Below, piece after piece: positions 37,804 through 46,854 of a stretch of DNA of 64,000 bases; within the stretch, counting starts at the first letter, position 1; the number at the start of each line of letters is the position of its first letter. Source of the DNA: Bacteriovoracaceae bacterium (GTDB lineage: Bacteria > Bdellovibrionota > Bacteriovoracia > Bacteriovoracales > Bacteriovoracaceae); contig JABIHA010000036.1 in NCBI GenBank assembly GCA_018649885.1, positions 62,001 through 126,000 of the forward strand, in the 5' to 3' direction. The notes below the pieces were generated by a model. That model worked only from the letters and a program-made list of their open reading frames with translations. It was not told the DNA's origin and ran no database searches. The position numbers and the translations under genes were made by a program.

Positions 37804-39564
37804 TTAGCCCCAATTGGAGTAGTCAATTCTTTCGTTAAATAGAATTAAAACACCTCGGTCTAATGCTATTTTATAAAAAGTTTTTCTCAGCACATCGTCT
37901 TCAATATGGAGTTTGTCTATCCATTTATTGAAAATAGAAGCAATACTTGGATTCATGGTAGCAACAACGCCTTTTGTTGAATAACCATTAATTCTTATTT
38001 TGTAGTGCTCTGATGTGCCTGCAACTGCCAGGGCCAGGATTCGAAGGACTGTGTATTTGAGGCCAACAGGAAGTTTTACCTCAGAGTCAAAAAATTGAAG
38101 CATATTGTCTAAAAGAACTGCACATTTTCCATCCTCACAGCCATTCTCAATAATTTCTTTAACTTCATTCATAAGAAGGAAGAAGAAAGAGTTTTTCTTT
38201 AGCTCGTGATCACCCATTGTTTTTTGAAATAATTCAGATGATATGGTCTTGTGAAGGCCTAAGGATTTTAAAAGGCCTTTAAAAAATAAACTATAGTCCT
38301 TATTTTCAGTGTTTCTTGATTCTAGTAGGTTCTTCCAAATTCCGATTAGCCCCATTAGGCGATCAGCATTGAAGTCACTGGCTCTGCTAGTGTGTTCTTT
38401 TACATATTCACATATATAACTCGGGACTGTGATATTTTTTTCAAAACATAGATAGAGAAAATCAAGGTATAGTAAGAAAATTGTTTGAATTTCTAATTTT
38501 GAAGTTGAGGCGTCATCGCCCCACTCACATTTGCAGGTGTTGTGTGAGAACTGCTTAACATCATCTTGGGCCTCGTCTCCAAAAGTGTAGTGAAGGGATA
38601 GAAATAACCAAAAACAATTTAATCTAGATTTATTTATATGAATGTGGTTTTCCTCAGATTCTTCTTCTTCATGCGGTATATGCACAAGGGTCTGTTCAAT
38701 GAATGTTACGATTTCATCATCTTTTTTGATGTCTTTGAATTTGTGTGTAAGCTTGCTGTATAAAATTGAAAAGCGGTGAAGCTCGTCTTTAGTAAAAGCT
38801 AAATGGGCAATTTGGTTTTGATGAAAAATTAAACTTCTTTGAAGATAAATCTCCCAATAGCTCGATTGAGGGAGTTCAAGACCTAAAAAGTCAGAAAGTT
38901 CTTTTAAAAACTTGGCCTCTTCATTCGTTATTTTTTTGTCGTGCTGATATTCGATTTGTACACCGAGGGAAAAGAGCATTCGCCTTTCTTTTTCAGTATA
39001 TTCAACAGTTTTGAAAACAGGATCGTCATGAAGAGAGAGAATAGCATCGGAAATTCTCTCACATCCAGTGATATCAAGTTTCAAAAGCTCTCTTAATTCA
39101 TGGAGGAATTTAATTTTCTCTAAATCATTTTTTGTATTGGAAATGCAAAAAATGTAGGCGATTTTATAAGCAGTATACTTCTCAGCTCCAGTTGAAAAAA
39201 AATTTGGTAAGCGGGAATCTAGGTCACTATCTAAATCAAGATTCTTTCTTATTCCTCCATCTGTCAGGCTGAGGCTCACTTTTCCAGCTGCTCTAGGGCT
39301 TTGATTTTCTTTCTTTAGACCTTTTAAATATTCTTCACTAATATTACGACTTGTATAGTGTTTCATTTCATTCGGGAGTTGCAATAAGCTCTCAAGAGAG
39401 CTAACAATCGTAGGATTTTGGGTCCAGCTAAATGGCATTGATTCGAGCATTTTTAAAACCGCAATTTTTTGTTCAAACCCAAAAGATGATTCACTGTTTA
39501 TGCTACATCCAAGAGGGCAGTCTGGTATTACAAACAAGCTCTCTTTTGATCCTACCTCTTCCAT
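37804..39564 (-). CDS. Hypothetical helical protein with TerB-like motif(s)
   Basis: HDKKITNEEAKFLKELSDFLGL resembles the TerB D..I...E..FL..L...LGL pattern; degenerate copy EKIKFLHELRELLKL. Confidence 0.5.
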   Translation of the reverse strand: MEEVGSKESLFVIPDCPLGCSINSESSFGFEQKIAVLKMLESMPFSWTQNPTIVSSLESLLQLPNEMKHYTSRNISEEYLKGLKKENQSPRAAGKVSLSLTDGGIRKNLDLDSDLDSRLPNFFSTGAEKYTAYKIAYIFCISNTKNDLEKIKFLHELRELLKLDITGCERISDAILSLHDDPVFKTVEYTEKERRMLFSLGVQIEYQHDKKITNEEAKFLKELSDFLGLELPQSSYWEIYLQRSLIFHQNQIAHLAFTKDELHRFSILYSKLTHKFKDIKKDDEIVTFIEQTLVHIPHEEEESEENHIHINKSRLNCFWLFLSLHYTFGDEAQDDVKQFSHNTCKCEWGDDASTSKLEIQTIFLLYLDFLYLCFEKNITVPSYICEYVKEHTSRASDFNADRLMGLIGIWKNLLESRNTENKDYSLFFKGLLKSLGLHKTISSELFQKTMGDHELKKNSFFFLLMNEVKEIIENGCEDGKCAVLLDNMLQFFDSEVKLPVGLKYTVLRILALAVAGTSEHYKIRINGYSTKGVVATMNPSIASIFNKWIDKLHIEDDVLRKTFYKIALDRGVLILFNERIDYSNWG

Positions 39565-40388
39565 TTGAACCTCTTCTTCTTGATAATTAGATCGTCTGCA
39601 TTGTTTTGATCCATCATGCAGTTATCTATATGCACATCTTTTTCTCTCGTCACTTCAACTTGCTGAGGGAAATAGTGGTAGTTACTTAGTATTTTTTTCT
39701 TACTGCTTGAGTACATAGCAATTTTAAATCGGTATTCACCAATTAGGACATCTCCTCCATTGAAAGGGTTGGGACCTAGCGTGAATTTTTCAACTCTGTG
39801 GTTATAGTAATCTTTTTTATAAAATACAGATAAGGTTATTTTTCCAGGTTGGTTAAAAGAAATATCCCTTATTTCGATATTTTCAATTTTCTTTCGGTGG
39901 CCATAGGGTGGGCATTTGAACCTTGTATGTGAGGGGGCAACACTCGCGGCACGGTAATTAACTTGTAAGTTTGCCCTTTCCACTTCATTTGGCCTGATTT
40001 TAATTTTTCCCCTGTAACCTCGGTTTGTGAAAAGTGGAATATAAATGGTGCCCACTCGAGCGCGGTGTCCTTTGATAATTTTTTCAGTTTCGATTATCCA
40101 TGAGTCTACATGGAATTCTTCAGCTAGTTTTTTGAGGTCATCTCTTTTGAGTCTTGGAATACGAAATTGAATAAATAATCCTCTGGAGATTTTTCGATTA
40201 AAGCCGCCCTTCAAGCTACTCCAGGGTTTTTCTTTGGCCTTGATAATTTCGGCGTTCTCTATAAAAACATTTGCAATGCCATCTTTAATTGTTACTTCAC
40301 TGTGTTTTGCACACGAAGCGTATAGGCCCAATAAGAGCAGTAAACAGAAATTATCGAAATTTACAAAATTTAGGGCAGATTTTTTCAT
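39552..40388 (-). CDS. Hypothetical lipoprotein
   Basis: Hydrophobic stretch plus lipobox LYASC; overlaps the downstream gene. Confidence 0.7.
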   Translation of the reverse strand: MKKSALNFVNFDNFCLLLLLGLYASCAKHSEVTIKDGIANVFIENAEIIKAKEKPWSSLKGGFNRKISRGLFIQFRIPRLKRDDLKKLAEEFHVDSWIIETEKIIKGHRARVGTIYIPLFTNRGYRGKIKIRPNEVERANLQVNYRAASVAPSHTRFKCPPYGHRKKIENIEIRDISFNQPGKITLSVFYKKDYYNHRVEKFTLGPNPFNGGDVLIGEYRFKIAMYSSSKKKILSNYHYFPQQVEVTREKDVHIDNCMMDQNNADDLIIKKKRFKWKR

Positions 40389-40533
40389 ACTAATATAGTA
40401 GCTGGTAGTGCTATTAATTTGGGTTAATTTTTTTCCACTTCGGCGATATGCTGAGAATTATCATGAACAAGAATGCTCCGCGGCTACTGGGGCGGGTTTT
40501 GCGCTACTGTCCTAATCCGGTCTAAAATAGTGC

Positions 40534-41211
40534 ATGGATATTAGTGAACAGGGACTCAAAGAGTTTCGAAAATTAAAAGGCCCCAGAATAAGTGAATTAG
40601 AGGCTGGGCCAATTCATTCTGACTCCACAGGTGATGAGACAGAGTACAAACAGGTTTTCCTTACAAAGAAATTTGATAAAAAGAGAAAAGATCAAATTCA
40701 GGTAGGTCACTTTATTGATGATTTTTTTGAAAAAGATCTCAGCATTCATGTTGATCCTGTGGCCCCTAGCTTCAAAAGTCATGGTCCGGGACGCCCCAAA
40801 AAGGCCAGTGAGGAAAAAGTACGTTTTGTAGGGATGAAGCTATCGCCCAAGTATATTGCTATTTTAAAAAAATTTACATTTGGTAAGGGAGTAGGCTCAA
40901 AGGTTCGATTTTTGATCGATAAGTATGAAGACTATACGCTTAGGGAACAAAAGCAGGTAGCAGTGGTAAAAACTCAAATTGGTAGTCTTGACTTTGAAAT
41001 TAAAAAGTACTCTTCAAGGTTTAAAAAAGCTGAAAAATTCGAAACCAATCAACTACTGCTTGATGATATTTATAAGAAATCCTCAGAGATAAGACTTCTC
41101 ATATCCCTACTCCACATTGAGATCTCCCAGTATTCAGATTTTCTATCTAACTGCGAGATGAAAACCCTAGAGTTTGCTATGGGGTTTGCACCAAATGAGA
41201 GCGTTCTTTGA
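40534..41211 (+). CDS. Putative DNA-binding protein (AT-hook-like GRPKK followed by RHH-like segment and helical C-terminus)
   Basis: GPGRPKK...VRFVGMKLSPKYIAILKKF..GVGSKVRFLID; TTGA overlap with the recombinase gene. Confidence 0.55.
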   Translation: MDISEQGLKEFRKLKGPRISELEAGPIHSDSTGDETEYKQVFLTKKFDKKRKDQIQVGHFIDDFFEKDLSIHVDPVAPSFKSHGPGRPKKASEEKVRFVGMKLSPKYIAILKKFTFGKGVGSKVRFLIDKYEDYTLREQKQVAVVKTQIGSLDFEIKKYSSRFKKAEKFETNQLLLDDIYKKSSEIRLLISLLHIEISQYSDFLSNCEMKTLEFAMGFAPNESVL

Positions 41212-42191
41212 AGAGCATCGATTCGCGTTTAAAAAGATCAGTGGCGAACTCACAAGGTGGCCATGACCGAGAAAAAATTTATTATGGCTTTCTTGCCAAT
41301 TATAGGTCAGTGCATACAAGGTCTGCTTATCAAAGGGACTTAAAAGAGTTTCTGGCATTTTTAAGAGATAACTTTTCAGCTCAAAATGAATTTACATGCT
41401 CTCACTCTCATGTCGTTGCCTTCAAAGAGTATCTCTGCCAGAAAGGGCAGGGTAGTGTTAGTGGTTTTAGTCAATCAACTATAAATCGCAAGCTGTCATG
41501 CTTAGGGGCCTTCTACAGCTATCTTTTTGAACACGGATATGTTGAAGATATTCCTACAAAAAGAATTCGAAGATTTAAGATAAAAAAAGAAGTTAAAACC
41601 TCCGATCTATCTAATGATCAAGTTACCTCTCTTTTTGACTGTATTGACATCTCACATGGCCCAGGGCTCATGCACCGTGCAGTGCTGAGAGTATTATTTT
41701 CGACCGGGATGAGGCACTCTGAAGTTGTCAGTTTAAAATTCAAAAACTTTTGTTATGAAAACAAATTTAGCGTCATTAAATATATCGCCAAAGGTGGAGT
41801 TTCAATAGTGACTCCACTTAGCAGTAATGTACTTTCTGAATTGGGTGAATATTTTGATTGGTGTCAGAAAAATGGTTATAGTATGGCGCTTTCAGATTAT
41901 ATATTTAGGCCAACTAAGAACCCCAAAAACGGAAACCTCAATAAAAAATTAAAACCGAGCTCACTCAACTACATTATTAAAAAATATGCAAAACTATCTG
42001 GCGTGAAGGGTAGTATAAGTGTTCATAGTGCCAGGGCCACAGTTATTGGGAATCTTCTTGAGAGCGGAGTTTCCATTGATAAGGTAGCTGACTTTGTTGG
42101 GCATAAAGATATTTCTATGACTCGTTCTTATAATAAGAGGGTGACAAAACTCGCTGAATCAGCCGCATTCTTGGTTAATTATTCGGAGTGA
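41208..42191 (+). CDS. XerC/XerD-like tyrosine recombinase
   Basis: SAM-like N-terminus (TRSAYQRDLKEF, STINRKLSCL); catalytic R (TGMRHSE), K (AKGG), HSAR, GH and Y (TRSY). Confidence 0.92.
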   Translation: MKSIDSRLKRSVANSQGGHDREKIYYGFLANYRSVHTRSAYQRDLKEFLAFLRDNFSAQNEFTCSHSHVVAFKEYLCQKGQGSVSGFSQSTINRKLSCLGAFYSYLFEHGYVEDIPTKRIRRFKIKKEVKTSDLSNDQVTSLFDCIDISHGPGLMHRAVLRVLFSTGMRHSEVVSLKFKNFCYENKFSVIKYIAKGGVSIVTPLSSNVLSELGEYFDWCQKNGYSMALSDYIFRPTKNPKNGNLNKKLKPSSLNYIIKKYAKLSGVKGSISVHSARATVIGNLLESGVSIDKVADFVGHKDISMTRSYNKRVTKLAESAAFLVNYSE

Positions 42192-42282
42192 AATCGGTCA
42201 ATTTTACAAGTTGAGCCAGTTTACAGATGGATACAATAATACAACAACGCGGCGCGCCTTAGGTTTCTGGGGCAACCACGAT

Positions 42283-42723
42283 ATGAAGTACTACATGAAA
42301 ACTACAGTCATATTTTTTGCTGCTTTAATGTCATTTGGCCTTTTTGCCCAAAATGCTGTGGTTACTAACTCTGTTTCGGAGCCTTTTTTTTGCAATCCAA
42401 AAATAAGTGATTCCCGGCTTTCTCCCTTTATTGAAAAATTGAAAGACTACACTCTTCGAAATAAAGGTAAGAAAGTTGCTAAATTGATCAGCTTTCCTAT
42501 CTCCGTTGAATTTGAAAATGGTGATAAACAAGTCATAACAAATATGTCTTTTTTCACACTTTTTTTTAATCGTATTTTTACACAGAAGCTGCGAGCGCAG
42601 CTTCTCGAAGATAGTTTCAAACCCACTGGTTGTGATAAAGATAGAGTGATTTTTGGTAATGGAGCTATAAGCATCGCCCATAAATACGGGAAATTAAAAA
42701 TTTCTACTATCAATACATTTTAG
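42283..42723 (+). CDS. Small secreted hypothetical protein
   Basis: Signal peptide MKTTVIFFAALMSFGLFA from ATG 42283/42295 (track start 42211). Confidence 0.65.
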   Translation: MKYYMKTTVIFFAALMSFGLFAQNAVVTNSVSEPFFCNPKISDSRLSPFIEKLKDYTLRNKGKKVAKLISFPISVEFENGDKQVITNMSFFTLFFNRIFTQKLRAQLLEDSFKPTGCDKDRVIFGNGAISIAHKYGKLKISTINTF

Positions 42724-42835
42724 TTAATTCCATCCGCACATATTTTTGGCAAACCACCCTCCGAATGATTCGGTTTTAGACGTCCAACTCATTGAACTCA
42801 AACTATAAATTAATTAACCATCAAGGCTGACCTAG

Positions 42836-43150
42836 AGAGGCGGAACTCTCTATTATACAACCGGTGGCAAAACTACTTGGAATCAAAGTCCTGGCTTTGT
42901 CTTTACTTCAACTGATACCCATTTTAATGACGGTGGTTTTGTGCAAGACAAATACACTAATAATTCTCTAACTTGTTCTGATAAAGCAGGTGAAAAGGGA
43001 CTCATTGCCTTTCCTATTATTAGAGACGGAGCAGTTTATAAAACGGGTTCAGTTTTTTCTACAGACGGATTACCGTGGTTCCTTTCAGCACACATCACTT
43101 CTGTTGTTGTGACTCAAAAAGATCAGACATCAAATACTGGTTTTGGATGA
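42836..43150 (+). pseudogene. Probable gene remnant
   Basis: Frame is open from TAG 42833-42835 (RGGTLYYTTGGKTTWNQSPG...) with no clear RBS; its stop TGA lies inside the 50-bp repeat. Confidence 0.35.
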
Positions 43151-43196
43151 CCACAGCAGCTTGGCCTTTTTAAAAAACTAACTTACAAATCCAAAT
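43147..43196. repeat. 50-bp direct repeat, copy 1 (duplicates the 3' end of the SpmAB gene)
   Basis: ATGACCACAGCAGCTTGGCCTTTTTAAAAAACTAACTTACAAATCCAAAT, 48/50 identical to 45213-45262. Confidence 0.95.
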
Positions 43197-45212
43197 CAGC
43201 GTGTTATACATCAACTCTTTTACCTACGAGTATATATTATGGCTTCTTATATTTTGATAAGACATTATATAAAGACTCTTCTGTAAATGGCTTTTTTATG
43301 TACCCATCTGCAATATTCCAAAGTTCCGCTCTCTTTTTTTCAGAGTAGTTAGTTGTCACACCACCAGTGACTATAAAAAAGCCTGTATCTCCGTTCGGAA
43401 GTTTTCTCGCCTTATTAATAAACTCTTCTCCTTGCATTCGCTGCATTTTCATATCGGTGCAAATATAATCATACCTTTTATTCTTAACCTTTTCCAAAGC
43501 CGTATCTCCATCATCAGCTTCATCAACTTCTAGGCCAAGATCTTCGAGAAGGTTTACTAAAAGCTCCCTAATTGCTTTCTCGTCATCAACTATTAGAGCA
43601 ACTCCCTTAAGTTTACCATTATTTTGTTGCTGTTGCTGTTGCTGTTCAAAATCCGAGTCACTTTTAGAGGGCAGTGTAATTGAAAAAAGACTTCCTTCGT
43701 TTACAGTTGACTCAATACTTAGTTTTCCATTTAATTTTTTAGTGAGCTCATTTACAAGCCCTAATCCCATTCCTGTACCTTTACCAATTTCCTTTGTAGT
43801 AAAAAATGGATTTAGAATTTGATTCATATTATCATCAGAAATTCCACATCCATTATCTCTAACCGAAAATACCAATGAATTGCTTCCAATCTCTTCCAAG
43901 GAGAGATGAATTTCACGCTTGTCTTGCCCTTCGGTCGCATCCTTGGCATTGCTTATAAGGTTCATGACTATTTGTTGTAATTTTCCAAGACTTCCTCTTG
44001 TAAATAACTTTCGATCTGGATTTTCTCTAATAATTACTACACCCTCTTTTTCATATATCTCTGAAATTAAATTCACAGTTTGATCAATTGCCTCTCGCAT
44101 AGAAATAACTTCATTGTGGTTCGTGTCAGATCTTGAGTAAGTTCTTAACCCATCAACAATTTTTCGTATTCTCTCATGTCCATGCTCAATCTTTTTTAGT
44201 TTGTCAAAGATACTTTCTTTTTCATAATTATCCTTTTTAAGCTCTTTTTTCATCAGTGCTATATTTCCAATACTGATGGTCAAAGGGTTATTAATCTCAT
44301 GTCCCACTCCCGCAGCCATCTCACCAATGGATGCAAGCTTCGATTGGTGCACCATTTGCCTCTCAGTTTCTTTTCTATCAGTAATATTTACTCTTACTCC
44401 AGAGTAACCCGTAATTTTTTTATCCGAATCAAAAATTGGAAAAATTGTGGCCTGGACCCAGTATAAACTTCCATCCTTTGCCTTATTGCAAATTTCTCCC
44501 TTAAACGTTTCTCCTTGACGAATAGTATCCCAAAATCCCTTCCAAAAAACCTTCGAATGTATACCAGAACTAACTATATTATGAGATCGCCCAATAAGTT
44601 CTTGTCGTGAATATTTGGATAACTCACAAAAGGTATCATTGGCATAAGTAATAATACCTTTTGTGTCCGTTTTTGATACAAGCGCCGTAATATCAAGTAA
44701 TTTTTTTTGCTTTATCAAGTCTTCTACTAATTGATGATTCTTAAATAATATTTTATTAATCAAAAAATAGTAAATAAACGGTGACGAAAAAATAGATAGT
44801 AGAAGTCCATCTAAAAATATTTCTACAATTGATGACTCTACTTCAAGAAAATGAAGTAATGCCATCACAAATACTTCTGCAATAAATATGATAATAATAA
44901 TGGAGCTTAAAGCTTTAACTTTAGAAGAATTTAATTTATTAGCTGACATCCAGACAATAGTATAACAAGAACATCAGCAAATCAGTTGTTTTTAAGTAAA
45001 TATGCTAAGATCACTCTTATAAATCATCTGACCTATTTCGTTGGTTATCGTAAATTCTAAGTTCAACACGGCCTTTGATGACTCATAAATACCATCATCG
45101 AGTGTAATTTTTCCTACTTCTCAATAGGTATATGCGAATGCATTTCAAAATTCAGCTCTACTGCAGGTAGAGGGCAAGTTTTTTAAACTTGATCAAAACA
45201 TTTCATTAGAGA
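43197..45212. mobile_element. Direct-repeat-bounded 2-kb islet carrying a hybrid sensor kinase
   Basis: Flanked by the 50-bp repeats; visibly AT-richer than the SpmAB gene; no mobility gene inside. Confidence 0.6.
43237..44949 (-). CDS. Hybrid sensor histidine kinase (2 TM, PAS/PAC, HisKA, HATPase, receiver)
   Basis: GIITYANDTF, NKAKDGSLYWV, GVGHEINNPL, NLISNAKDA, DNGCG, GTGMGL, LIVDDE, TDMKM, KPF; Q7 linker. Confidence 0.95.
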   Translation of the reverse strand: MSANKLNSSKVKALSSIIIIIFIAEVFVMALLHFLEVESSIVEIFLDGLLLSIFSSPFIYYFLINKILFKNHQLVEDLIKQKKLLDITALVSKTDTKGIITYANDTFCELSKYSRQELIGRSHNIVSSGIHSKVFWKGFWDTIRQGETFKGEICNKAKDGSLYWVQATIFPIFDSDKKITGYSGVRVNITDRKETERQMVHQSKLASIGEMAAGVGHEINNPLTISIGNIALMKKELKKDNYEKESIFDKLKKIEHGHERIRKIVDGLRTYSRSDTNHNEVISMREAIDQTVNLISEIYEKEGVVIIRENPDRKLFTRGSLGKLQQIVMNLISNAKDATEGQDKREIHLSLEEIGSNSLVFSVRDNGCGISDDNMNQILNPFFTTKEIGKGTGMGLGLVNELTKKLNGKLSIESTVNEGSLFSITLPSKSDSDFEQQQQQQQNNGKLKGVALIVDDEKAIRELLVNLLEDLGLEVDEADDGDTALEKVKNKRYDYICTDMKMQRMQGEEFINKARKLPNGDTGFFIVTGGVTTNYSEKKRAELWNIADGYIKKPFTEESLYNVLSKYKKP

Positions 45213-45262
45213 ATGACCACGGCAGCCTGGCCTTTTTAAAAAACTAACTTACAAATCCAAAT
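45213..45262. repeat. 50-bp direct repeat, copy 2
   Basis: Overlaps the last 27 nt (45236-45262) of the SpmAB gene plus 23 nt downstream. Confidence 0.95.
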
Positions 45263-46570
45263 AGAGCTTATGATGCCAACTGTATCTGCAAAAAGACAGG
45301 CGGCAAGTGTATGTCTTGATTTTCTAATTTGGATACTTCCAAAGTAAACGGCAATGACATAAAAGGTCGTTTCTGTACTTCCCTGCATAGTACTGACAAT
45401 TTGGCCTATGAGGGAGTCAACTCCGTATTGTTTCATAATATCAGCAGCTACAGCGTAACCACCTGAACCAGATAATGTTCGAATTAAGGCCATGGGAAGC
45501 ACTTCACTTGGCACCCCAAAATAATTCATGACGGGGGATACATAATTTACAAATAAATCGATGGCACCAGAAGCTCTAAGCATTCCAACAGCAACTAATA
45601 TGGCCACTAGAAATGGAATAATTTTAACAGCAACTTGAAACCCTTCTTTTCCTCCTGTCGCCACAGCATCGTATACATCAACTCTTTTTCCTACTCCGAA
45701 GAGCAAAATAACTGCGATCAAAATGAGAAGTGGCCAGTCATTAATTGCGCTTTTCAGGCTTCCTATCATCCCAATTATTTGGCCAGACTCATCAGCAGTG
45801 CCCGCTTTTAGAAAAAGGGCATATCCCAGTGAGCAGGCCAAACCTACAGCAAGAAGTGTTATAGTGAGTTTAAGCAGTCCAGAAGCTTTACCGTCTGTTG
45901 TATCATCAATGATTTTTTCAGCAGAAGTTGTGTCAACTTCTGCTGAAATTTCAAGGCCTTTACTTTGGTCAATTGAAGGTGCGCCTGGTTTAAAAAATTT
46001 GAGTTTTGATAAAAATGTTGAAATTAAAATTGCTGATAGGGTAGACAGTGTTGTGGCCACAAGAGTTGTAAAGAAAATCGAAGCTGGAGCAGTTGATCCC
46101 ATACTTGCTCTTAAGGCAATAACTGTTGTGGGCAGAAGTGAGACGCTGGATGTATTGATAGCAAGGAATAAGGCCATGGCATTTGTCGCCTCACCTTTGT
46201 TTTTATTGAGCTTATCTAGCTCCATCATCGCCTTTAAACCAAAGGGAGTTGCCGCATTGGCAAGGCCTAACATATTTGAGGTCATATTGAGAATCATCAT
46301 ACTCATGGCAGGGTGTTCAGGTGGTACTTCAGGAAAAATTCGGCTCATAATTGGCCTAAGTACTCGGGCAATAACTTTTAAAAGTCCGCCTTTTTGAAGG
46401 ATTTGCATCATACCGAGCCAAAATGCCATGACTCCAATAAGTCCAAGTGAGAGCTCAACTGCAGATTTTGCACTATCAACAGATGCCTTTGAGACAGCAT
46501 CGAGGTTACCGGTGAGGGCCCCACAAATAATAGCGCCAAAAATCATGGCGATCCAAATTGCATTCATCAT
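45236..46570 (-). CDS. Fused SpmA/SpmB nucleoside-recognition (Gate) domain membrane protein
   Basis: LFLAINTSSV, NMLGLANAATPFGLKAM, RTLSGSG, GSTETTFYVIAVYFG. Confidence 0.9.
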   Translation of the reverse strand: MMNAIWIAMIFGAIICGALTGNLDAVSKASVDSAKSAVELSLGLIGVMAFWLGMMQILQKGGLLKVIARVLRPIMSRIFPEVPPEHPAMSMMILNMTSNMLGLANAATPFGLKAMMELDKLNKNKGEATNAMALFLAINTSSVSLLPTTVIALRASMGSTAPASIFFTTLVATTLSTLSAILISTFLSKLKFFKPGAPSIDQSKGLEISAEVDTTSAEKIIDDTTDGKASGLLKLTITLLAVGLACSLGYALFLKAGTADESGQIIGMIGSLKSAINDWPLLILIAVILLFGVGKRVDVYDAVATGGKEGFQVAVKIIPFLVAILVAVGMLRASGAIDLFVNYVSPVMNYFGVPSEVLPMALIRTLSGSGGYAVAADIMKQYGVDSLIGQIVSTMQGSTETTFYVIAVYFGSIQIRKSRHTLAACLFADTVGIISSIWICKLVF

Positions 46571-46752
46571 TTTTTTAATCCTTTATTTGAATGGAGAGGC
46601 TAGGTTAGAAGAGGGTTTACTGTCTATGTTGGTTGAAGAATTTTCAGGTTAGCATGAGCTTTGATTGTGAGCTGTGAAAAAGCAAAAAGCCTAGGAATAT
46701 CCGCATCTTTAATGATAAATCGTTATTTTCTTCATTCCTCCCTGTTATCTCC

Positions 46753-46758
46753 TATAAT
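46753..46758 (+). promoter_or_regulatory. Possible sigma70 -10 box of the deoC operon
   Basis: TATAAT about 100 nt upstream of deoC; no good -35. Confidence 0.3.
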
Positions 46759-46854
46759 ATCAGCTAATTAGAGGTGGTAGCTTTTACCTTGTGTGTGGCC
46801 AATCCATGCATGGAGTTCTATCTTTTCCCATTAACTCAATTTTAGGGAACAACT

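Noticed and set aside
41208..42191. Integron integrase with cassette array
   Set aside because: The IntI-specific insertion is not evident and no complete attC (RYYYAAC...GTTRRRY hairpin) series was found. CACTAAC at 62368 looks like an attC left end but has no matching right arm.
42755..42809. Peptide PPNDSVLDVQLIELKL resembling an FKBP C-terminus
   Set aside because: Too short and no upstream frame; may be chance.
43220..43247. Canonical dif-like TTACCTACGAG-TATATA-TTATGGCTTCT
   Set aside because: The spacer and TTATG match, but the right arm is the kinase stop and last codons, the outer XerD arm does not match, and it lies inside the islet.
43624..43644. Q7 tract as a phase-variable repeat
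   Set aside because: In-frame mixed CAA/CAG codons in an interdomain linker; slippage would not shift the frame.
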